Under the pieces are notes generated by a model that saw nothing but the letters and a program-made list of their open reading frames with translations, searched no databases and was not told the DNA's origin. This document shows, piece by piece, positions 1 to 4,931 of a DNA stretch of 5,479 nucleotides. Position 1 is the stretch's first letter. Every line of letters starts with the position of its first letter. Source of the stretch: a virus. Its lineage: Duplodnaviria; Heunggongvirae; Uroviricota; Caudoviricetes. The position numbers were made by a program, and so were the translations under genes. Location: positions 1 to 5,479 of the IMG/VR virus record IMGVR_UViG_2660238548_000026; one strand, 5' to 3'.

Positions 1-74
1 CCCGTAACGCCTCTGCCACGCGCGTAACGTGACAGGGATTAAAGGTAAACCAATTGGTTTTGCAAGTTTTTATT

Positions 75-1361
75 TTACCCCGCTTTCTTATGGGGCATAC
101 ATGGGACACTTTCAGATAGTCTTTTGTTAAGGAGTTCTATCTGTTCGTGATTGTTGTCTTTCATCCATGCTCCGTAAACATTGAATACCATTTGTGCGTT
201 TGTGTGGCCCATCTGGCTTGCGATAAAACTAGGATTAGCTCCTGCGGCAAGTGACCAGCATGCATAAGTATGCCTGGATTGGTACGATTTTCTGTGTCTC
301 AGACCTGCGCGTTTTAAGATACTTGTCCATGACTCCCTGATGGAGTCAACCTTGTAGTGAGGTCCGGACAACTGCTGCTGTTTTGTTACCTGAGGACTAA
401 AAACAAAAGTGCATTTATGCACAGCAGTTCTCCCATATTCCCTCTGCTTCACCTCTACAGAATGTTGCTTTCCAAGCATGGTCATTTCCGCCTGGCTTTT
501 AAGAGCATCAATAGCTGGTTGAACCAGATGAATTGTCCTTCCGGTGCCTGCATCGGTTTTTGGTGGAGTGAATTCGCCAAGTTTTGTATAATTTCTACGG
601 ATGGTTATAGTCCTTGCTTTAAGGTCTATATCTTCCCATGCCAGCGATACCAACTCCCCGTGACGAATACCCGTGTATACAGCGAGAATCCACAGGTTTT
701 TTGTTTGTTGATGACGGCAAGCCTCAATAAAACGAATAAATTCGTCACGGGTGAGAGGATCTGGTTTTACCTTGGACTTTTTTAAGGGAGCCAGACCGTT
801 AAATGGGTTTCCTGAGGTATAACCATTATCTGTTGCAAATTGAAACATTCCAGCTATGGTTGTCATATAGTAGTTTACCGTGACCACTGAGCGCCCTTTT
901 ATGGAAGAAGTCTTTCCATTAGAAAGCTTTTGGTAACCGGTCAACAAATCTCTCCTTACGAAAAGTAAATCCTCTTTTGTTATGGATGAAACCAGTTTTT
1001 TTTCACCTAACATTGGTAACATGTTTTTAATTACTGACTGGTAACGGTTAAGTGCATTCGCACAAATCTCAATTTTCTTAAGGTCCAACCATTTTTCCGA
1101 AAGTGCCTTAACGGTTATCTCTCTTTTTCCCAGACCAAAGTGTTTCAGGTTAGGGGAATTAGGGAACTGCGCGGCGTAGTCGAAACTCCCCATTCTGATT
1201 GCAAAACAAACGGAAGTGCGAAGTTCACCAGCGATCTTCCGGTTTTTGGCTGTGTCAGGAACACCGAGGTTTTCTCTGACACGTTTGCCATTATAGTGAA
1301 ACCATATACGGAGTGATCCTCCATGGTTTTCAACGCCTGTCGGGTATGATGCGTTACTCAT
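75..1361 (-). CDS. int: Tyrosine-type site-specific integrase, 428 aa, Rac/IntR-like with an N-terminal arm-binding domain of the DUF3596 type
   Basis: Full-length ORF. C-terminal catalytic motifs are visible: 'TGIRHGE' (box I Arg), 'HRKSYQSRHTYACWSLAAGANPSFIASQMGHTNAQMVFNVYGAWM' (His/Arg/His and the terminal Tyr). N-terminus 'PTGVE...RIWFHYNGKRVRE' resembles Rac-type integrases as I recall them. SD 'GGGAGG' lies about 6 nt upstream of the ATG at 1361. Confidence 0.9.
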   Translation of the reverse strand: MSNASYPTGVENHGGSLRIWFHYNGKRVRENLGVPDTAKNRKIAGELRTSVCFAIRMGSFDYAAQFPNSPNLKHFGLGKREITVKALSEKWLDLKKIEICANALNRYQSVIKNMLPMLGEKKLVSSITKEDLLFVRRDLLTGYQKLSNGKTSSIKGRSVVTVNYYMTTIAGMFQFATDNGYTSGNPFNGLAPLKKSKVKPDPLTRDEFIRFIEACRHQQTKNLWILAVYTGIRHGELVSLAWEDIDLKARTITIRRNYTKLGEFTPPKTDAGTGRTIHLVQPAIDALKSQAEMTMLGKQHSVEVKQREYGRTAVHKCTFVFSPQVTKQQQLSGPHYKVDSIRESWTSILKRAGLRHRKSYQSRHTYACWSLAAGANPSFIASQMGHTNAQMVFNVYGAWMKDNNHEQIELLNKRLSESVPCMPHKKAG

Positions 1362-1394
1362 TAAACCTCCCAGACGTCCAGGAGCATTAACAGG

Positions 1395-1649
1395 TTAACC
1401 GGAACTTGCATTTTTGGCACCTGGTTGTTTCTGGTTTTCGATCCATCGCATAATTTCTTCGATGTTGTACAGGCATTCACTGTAATGCCCAGGATCACCT
1501 TCTACAGCGTAATGGCGGTATTCTTTTCCCTGCATCCATGACTTTCTTCTGGCCCGCTCGATGGTGCCGGGCTTTAGCCCTGTTGATGCAATAAGGACTC
1601 TCTCCGTACACCATTTGCTGGGGGTTATCTGATAGATGATTGTCTGCAT
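1395..1649 (-). CDS. xis: Excisionase-like / recombination directionality factor (84 aa)
   Basis: Small basic ORF immediately upstream of int and co-oriented with it (33-nt gap). SD 'GAGG' about 6 nt before the ATG. The assignment rests mainly on position and size; the sequence similarity to excisionase-like proteins is my recollection only. Confidence 0.55.
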   Translation of the reverse strand: MQTIIYQITPSKWCTERVLIASTGLKPGTIERARRKSWMQGKEYRHYAVEGDPGHYSECLYNIEEIMRWIENQKQPGAKNASSG

Positions 1650-1667
1650 GCCAACCTCATAAAACTT

Positions 1668-1802
1668 TCATCCACGGCAGTGGAACCACACGTCAAACAT
1701 TCGTTTCACAACTTCACGGCAGTAGAAGCCGTCGACATCACGGGTCAGGTCGTAGCGATTGCCGAATGTCTTGCGAACCCAGAACTCAAAAGCCGTATGC
1801 AT
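1668..1802 (-). CDS. Hypothetical small protein, 44 aa (MHTAFEFWVRKTFGNRYDLTRDVDGFYCREVVKRMFDVWFHCRG)
   Basis: Not in the supplied ORF track (below its size cutoff). Near-consensus SD 'GGAGGTGA' ends 6 nt before the ATG at 1802, and the SD overlaps the TGA stop of the upstream 80-aa gene. The ORF fills the gap between that gene and xis; its stop is 18 nt before the xis ATG. Confidence 0.45.
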   Translation of the reverse strand: MHTAFEFWVRKTFGNRYDLTRDVDGFYCREVVKRMFDVWFHCRG

Positions 1803-1805
1803 GTA

Positions 1806-2048
1806 TCACCTCCGTTGCATTGCGCGTAATTTTTTCAGGCGCATTTCCTGCTCAGTGCCCGCCAGAATTTTGCGGTACTCCTGTTGGTCAATATGTTCGA
1901 ACAGGTTGTTGAACTCACCAATGCGTACCCGTCCGGAGCGCCCGTCCATGCGTCGAAAGAACACTGAGTGCTGAGTACTGCGAGTAATCACCACAGGGTA
2001 TCCGGCTCTGTCCGTGTATATCTGACCACGTTGAATCAGAGCGAACAT
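1806..2048 (-). CDS. Hypothetical phage protein, 80 aa (possibly DUF4222-like)
   Basis: ORF in operon context. Its ATG sits 4 nt after the TAA stop of the upstream 28-aa peptide ORF ('TAAAGGAATG'). The family assignment is a weak recollection. Confidence 0.5.
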   Translation of the reverse strand: MFALIQRGQIYTDRAGYPVVITRSTQHSVFFRRMDGRSGRVRIGEFNNLFEHIDQQEYRKILAGTEQEMRLKKLRAMQRR

Positions 2049-2052
2049 TCCT

Positions 2053-2139
2053 TTATCCCCAGCGGAAAAGCGAATACAGAATAAATGCCACCGCTATTGC
2101 AACTCCAACTGCGGTGAATGCTTCAGGCCAATTCATCAT
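2053..2139 (-). CDS. Small hydrophobic single-helix peptide, 28 aa (MMNWPEAFTAVGVAIAVAFILYSLFRWG)
   Basis: Not in the ORF track. Strong SD 'AGGAGG' 4 nt upstream of the ATG. The start overlaps the stop of the DUF550/DUF551 gene (ATGA), and the stop is 4 nt upstream of the next gene's ATG. Composition matches a single transmembrane helix with aromatic/basic flanks. Confidence 0.4.
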   Translation of the reverse strand: MMNWPEAFTAVGVAIAVAFILYSLFRWG

Positions 2140-2801
2140 TTCACCTCCTGCGGCGGTTCTGGTAGCTGCATCCAGTGGGTTACCTCTTTGAGATACAGGT
2201 CTTCGCCATCACCGTCATCCCAAGTGGGCTTGCCATCATTAAACCAGTCGCCATATACGCCGACCTGAGTGTTGGGGATGTTTGGTGGGTAGTTGTTTTT
2301 AAAGTCAGCTGCTAACACATAGCATTGTCGCTCTCCCATTTCAGGCATTCGCTCACTACAGCTTATCCAACCATCCGGAGTTACCGGAGAGTTGCCGGGT
2401 TCTTTAATGTGCAAACGAGGCTCACCATCTTTTGGTTCAGGCCACTGGCGCTCCATGTTGATCTTCAATTTATTTTCCATAGCAGCGGTAATTTCAGCAT
2501 CACTGATACCAGCACGGCGCTGTGCATCCCACAACAGGAACTGCATATCAGCCCACTCGCTGAGATCGTCAGGTTCGGCTGCGGCTTCCAGTGCCTCTTT
2601 TGAGAGATGTTTCAGCGGACCAATGGGGCCAACGCAGCCAAATGTGGAGTCAGACCATTTGGCATGCTCGTGGCGAATCAGTTCGCGTTCCAGTGATGCC
2701 AGTGCAATTCGTGCCAGTTCCATTTGTTCGCCACGAGTAAGCCCGTTTTCAAGCGGATTTTTAATGAACAATTCAATACGTTCTTTGGTAATAGTGGTCA
2801 T
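2136..2801 (-). CDS. DUF550 (dATP/dGTP pyrophosphohydrolase-type N-terminal domain) fused to DUF551, 221 aa
   Basis: N-terminal region '...EWADMQFLLWDAQRRAGISDAEITAAMENKLKINMERQWPEP...' and C-terminal '...GDWFNDGKPTWDDG...VTHWMQLPEPP' match my memory of DUF550 and DUF551 proteins common in enterobacterial prophages. SD 'AAGGA' about 8 nt upstream; 10-nt gap to the upstream gene's stop. Confidence 0.7.
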   Translation of the reverse strand: MTTITKERIELFIKNPLENGLTRGEQMELARIALASLERELIRHEHAKWSDSTFGCVGPIGPLKHLSKEALEAAAEPDDLSEWADMQFLLWDAQRRAGISDAEITAAMENKLKINMERQWPEPKDGEPRLHIKEPGNSPVTPDGWISCSERMPEMGERQCYVLAADFKNNYPPNIPNTQVGVYGDWFNDGKPTWDDGDGEDLYLKEVTHWMQLPEPPQEVK

Positions 2802-2811
2802 TTGTTAGTCC

Positions 2812-3567
2812 TTAAAGTGCTAGTTGCAATTGCATTTCAAAGCGGTCGCGTTGTTCACAATACGCAAGAGAACCAGGGCTATTGTGTGCCTCAATCCGTT
2901 CTACCATTAATGCTGCGCGTGTCTCTTTACTTGCAGGTGCATAAGCCCCAGACCAGGCTTTATCAATACCGATGTTTCGAGCGACGTTCGTACTATCTGC
3001 GCTGGCTAAGGGTAATTTTGTGAATATCAGCGGATTTAACATGCGCAATCCATGTAGTTTCGTAACCGGCTGACCATGCCCATCAACAATGTGACGAATC
3101 AGGTCTTTCATTCTGGCTACCGCAAGAGTTGGGCGCTTTACGTCATAGTCGCCACAACTACCGATAGCCACTCGCGGAAACTCATTGCACAAATGAATAA
3201 ATCGCTCGTCACTTTCATTCATGTGCCACACTGGAACGCCAGCTAGTTTTCCGTGAGGCCACTCATTCAGAAGCGCATCATTTTCCTCCTCTCCGCCATC
3301 AATAACATCCGGGATAATGGCAAAATCGAATCCTGGGTGATTCTTCCAGCGAGCAACAAACTCGTAGTAATCGCTCCAGTCGATTTTGTTTTTGCCAGCT
3401 GCTTTCCAGGCGGTGAATGCACCGTTGTCCAGCGCGAACGACTGACAGTATTCAGCCGCGAGATTGATCTGGCCTGAATGCGCAAAACTGATAAACGCAT
3501 GTCGCCCTTTCCATGCTCTCATTGCGCACGTATCAGGAGTAATAGGCCCACCGTGGTAGTGAATCAT
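2812..3567 (-). CDS. TGT-like protein (queuine/archaeosine tRNA-ribosyltransferase-like motifs), candidate DpdA-like 7-deazaguanine DNA transglycosylase, about 251 aa
   Basis: The ORF track extends to 3609, but the ATG at 3567 (MIHYHGGP...) has SD 'AAGGAG' upstream and lies 1 nt after the Ea22-like stop, whereas the ATG at 3609 has no SD and would overlap that gene by 41 nt. Motifs in TGT order: 'LDNGAF' (res 46-51, cf. TGT 'TDSGGFQ'), 'AIIPDVID' (cf. 'IFDEC'), 'VAIGSCGDYD', 'ADSTNVARNIG' (res 190-200, cf. E. coli Tgt 'FDCVMPTRNARNG'). No C-terminal CxCxxC...H zinc subdomain. Confidence is for the CDS; the functional call is about 0.5. Confidence 0.7.
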   Translation of the reverse strand: MIHYHGGPITPDTCAMRAWKGRHAFISFAHSGQINLAAEYCQSFALDNGAFTAWKAAGKNKIDWSDYYEFVARWKNHPGFDFAIIPDVIDGGEEENDALLNEWPHGKLAGVPVWHMNESDERFIHLCNEFPRVAIGSCGDYDVKRPTLAVARMKDLIRHIVDGHGQPVTKLHGLRMLNPLIFTKLPLASADSTNVARNIGIDKAWSGAYAPASKETRAALMVERIEAHNSPGSLAYCEQRDRFEMQLQLAL

Positions 3568-3568
3568 C

Positions 3569-3976
3569 TCACTCTCCTTTGATGCGAATGCCAGTAGCGC
3601 GGATTGCATCGATGACTTCAGAAACTTTGTATGCCATTACCGTTTGGTAATCATCGTGAAAATCTGTTCGATGAAGCATGCTGCTACGTTCCGGGAGCAG
3701 TATTTCCCGCGCTTCCAGTTCTGCAATGCGCTTTTTTGCTGCTTCCAGTTCATCCAGTAATTCCAGCACGGTAGCCGGATTAGCCTTGGCAACAAAATCC
3801 CGGACTGGCTTACAATCAATCTCCGCAATGGGTTGATACGATGTGTAGCCATGCTGTCTTGTATAACTACCGTGACGAATAACGAAAAAATCACCATTTA
3901 TTTTTTTAGCCTGCCACTTATCTTCACCGGCTTTCTCTGCCGCTTCACGCAGTGCCTGAGAGTTAATTTCGCTCAC
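3569..3976 (-). CDS. Ead/Ea22-like family protein, 135 aa
   Basis: N-terminus 'MSEINSQALREAAEKA...' and coiled-coil 'LELLDELEAAKKRIAELEA' resemble lambdoid Ead/Ea22-like proteins as I recall them. The start is GTG at 3976 (shown as M in the track), overlapping the TraR-like stop (GTGA), with SD 'GAGAGG' about 8 nt upstream. Confidence 0.65.
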   Translation of the reverse strand: MSEINSQALREAAEKAGEDKWQAKKINGDFFVIRHGSYTRQHGYTSYQPIAEIDCKPVRDFVAKANPATVLELLDELEAAKKRIAELEAREILLPERSSMLHRTDFHDDYQTVMAYKVSEVIDAIRATGIRIKGE

Positions 3977-4194
3977 TTCGAACCTCTCTGTTTACTGATA
4001 AGCTCCAGATCCTCCTGGCAACTTGCACAAGTCCGACAACCCTGAACGACCAGGCGTCTTCGTTCATCTATGGGATCGCCACACTCACAACAATGAGTGG
4101 CGGATATAGTCTGGTAGTTCAGACGACGCATTTTTATTGCTGTATTGCGCTGTAATTCTTCAATTTCTGATGCTGAATCAATGATGTCCGCCAT
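3973..4194 (-). CDS. TraR/DksA-family C4-type zinc-finger protein, 73 aa
   Basis: Four-Cys motif '...THCCECGDPIDERRRLVVQGCRTCASCQE...' matches the phage TraR/DksA C4 zinc-finger pattern (Cx2C...Cx2C with 'G.PI...RR'). ATG at 4194 with 'AGGGA' upstream; first gene after the 4195-4292 intergenic gap. Confidence 0.75.
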   Translation of the reverse strand: MADIIDSASEIEELQRNTAIKMRRLNYQTISATHCCECGDPIDERRRLVVQGCRTCASCQEDLELISKQRGSK

Positions 4195-4243
4195 CTTTCA
4201 TTAATCCCTGAATTGTTGGTTAATACGCTTGAGGGTAAATGCG

Positions 4244-4272
4244 AATAATAAAAAAGGAGCCTGTAGCTCCCT
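4244..4272 (-). terminator. Candidate rho-independent terminator (minus-strand transcript)
   Basis: On the minus strand: AGGGAGC-TACAG-GCUCCUU hairpin (5 GC-rich pairs, extendable to 7 with a G.U wobble) followed by UUUUUUAUUAUU, 23 nt after the stop of the 4293.. gene. It lies in the only sizeable non-coding gap of the operon. Confidence 0.45.
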
Positions 4273-4292
4273 GATGATTTTGCTTTTCATGT

Positions 4293-4574
4293 TCACCGTT
4301 CCTTAAAAACGCCGTTTAACATGCCGATTGCCAGGCTTAAATGAGTCGGTGTGAATCCCATCAGCGTTACCGTTTCGCGGTGCTTCTTCAGTACGCTACG
4401 GCAAATGTCATCGACGTTTTTATCCGGAAACTGCTGTCTGGCTTTTTTGATTTCAGAATTAGCCTGACGGGCAATGCTGCGAAGGGCGTTTTCCTGCTGA
4501 GGTGTCACTGAACAAGCCCCATGTCGGCAAGCATAAGCACACAGAATATGAAGCCCGCTGCCAGAAAAATGCAT
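4293..4574 (-). CDS. Hypothetical phage protein occupying the slot of lambda orf61; start uncertain (93 aa from ATG 4574, or 71 aa from GTG 4508)
   Basis: The C-terminal ~70 residues look protein-like ('...IARQANSEIKKARQQFPDKNVDDICRSVLKKHRETVTLMGFTPTHLSLAIGMLNGVFKER'). The ATG at 4574 has no SD, and the first 22 residues are Cys/His/Gly-rich and overlap a more plausible alternative-frame peptide ORF. GTG at 4508 would overlap that peptide's TGA stop (GTGA), the same junction type as at 3973-3976. Confidence 0.5.
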   Translation of the reverse strand: MHFSGSGLHILCAYACRHGACSVTPQQENALRSIARQANSEIKKARQQFPDKNVDDICRSVLKKHRETVTLMGFTPTHLSLAIGMLNGVFKER

Positions 4575-4588
4575 TCAGTGGTTGTCAT
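4505..4588 (-). CDS. Candidate small hydrophobic peptide, 27 aa (MTTTECIFLAAGFIFCVLMLADMGLVQ)
   Basis: Not in the ORF track. ATG overlaps the TGA stop of orf63 (ATGA at 4585-4588); its stop overlaps the in-frame GTG at 4508 of the downstream gene. The peptide is helix-like and hydrophobic. The SD is weak ('AGG' 2 nt upstream), so expression would depend on translational coupling. Confidence 0.3.
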   Translation of the reverse strand: MTTTECIFLAAGFIFCVLMLADMGLVQ

Positions 4589-4776
4589 ACCTGGTCTCTT
4601 TCATCTGCTTCTGCTTTCGCCACCATCATTTCCAGCTTTTGTGAAAGGGATGTGGCTAACGTATGAAATTCTTCGTCTGTTTCTACTGGTATTGGCACAA
4701 ACCTGACTCCAATTTGAGCAAGGCTATGTGCCATCTCAATACTCGTTCTTAACTCAACAGGAGATGCTTTGTGCAT
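4585..4776 (-). CDS. orf63: Homolog of phage lambda orf63 (63 aa, function unknown)
   Basis: 63-aa ORF overlapping the downstream orf60a by 28 nt, the same length and overlap geometry I recall for lambda orf63/orf60a. The sequence appears near-identical to lambda orf63 as I remember it. Confidence 0.75.
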   Translation of the reverse strand: MHKASPVELRTSIEMAHSLAQIGVRFVPIPVETDEEFHTLATSLSQKLEMMVAKAEADERDQV

Positions 4777-4931
4777 ACCGCCTCCCGTTTATTATTTATC
4801 TTCTCAGCCAGCCGCTGTGCTTTCAGTGGATTTCTGATAACAGAAAGGCCGGGAAATACCCAGCCTCGCTTTGTAACGGAGTAGACGAAAGTGATCGCGC
4901 CTACCCGGATATTATCGTGAGGATGCGTCAT
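4749..4931 (-). CDS. orf60a: Homolog of phage lambda orf60a (60 aa from the second ATG; 62 aa from the ATG at 4937)
   Basis: The ORF track starts at 4937 (MAMTHP...). The second ATG at 4931 overlaps the exo TGA stop (ATGA) and gives 60 aa, matching the lambda orf60a arrangement as I recall it. Confidence 0.75.
   Translation of the reverse strand: MTHPHDNIRVGAITFVYSVTKRGWVFPGLSVIRNPLKAQRLAEKINNKREAVCTKHLLLS

Noticed and set aside
357-785. 142-aa plus-strand ORF
   Set aside because: Lies entirely antisense to the integrase gene, with no SD and a low-complexity, Cys/Phe/Leu-rich translation typical of shadow ORFs.
1145-1333. 62-aa minus-strand ORF nested inside int
   Set aside because: Out-of-frame ORF wholly inside the integrase coding sequence; the integrase frame carries the conserved catalytic motifs.
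1640-1974. Plus-strand ORFs of 90 aa (1640..1912) and 71 aa (1759..1974)
   Set aside because: Antisense to the xis / 44-aa / 80-aa genes; Arg/Ser/Cys-rich translations; no RBS. Judged antisense shadow ORFs.
2325-3023. Plus-strand ORFs of 92 aa (2325..2603), 138 aa (2392..2808) and 99 aa (2724..3023)
   Set aside because: All lie antisense to the DUF550/DUF551 and TGT-like genes; Ser/Arg/Cys-rich with no recognisable motifs. Shadow ORFs.
3253-3477. 74-aa plus-strand ORF
   Set aside because: Antisense to the TGT-like gene, with no RBS and no recognisable motif. Shadow ORF.
3267-3500. 77-aa minus-strand ORF nested inside the TGT-like gene
   Set aside because: Alternative frame within a better-supported CDS; Arg/Ser-rich translation.
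3568-3609. Longer start (ATG at 3609) for the TGT-like ORF given in the ORF track
   Set aside because: No SD upstream of 3609, and it would overlap the Ea22-like gene by 41 nt. The ATG at 3567 has 'AAGGAG' at proper spacing and sits 1 nt after the upstream stop.
3637-3897. 86-aa minus-strand ORF nested inside the Ea22-like gene
   Set aside because: Alternative frame within the Ea22-like CDS; no independent RBS or motif.
3833-4045. 70-aa plus-strand ORF
   Set aside because: Antisense across the Ea22-like / TraR-like gene junction; shadow ORF.
4195-4243. Possible sigma70 promoter for the TraR-like gene (TTTACC ... TATTAA on the minus strand)
   Set aside because: The -35-like and -10-like hexamers are only about 8 nt apart instead of 16-18 and each matches consensus at just 4 of 6 positions.
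4201-4290. 29-aa minus-strand ORF (MKSKIIRELQAPFLLFAFTLKRINQQFRD) spanning the 4195-4292 intergenic gap
   Set aside because: It reads straight through the terminator-like hairpin and U-tract, has no clear SD, and its Phe/Leu run is the translation of the U-tract. More likely a by-product of the terminator than a gene, though not excluded.
4575-4604. In-frame ATG at 4604 as a lambda-orf61-style start overlapping orf63 by 20 nt
   Set aside because: Translation from 4604 hits a TGA after 9 codons (MKETRYDNH*), so it cannot be the start of the downstream gene.
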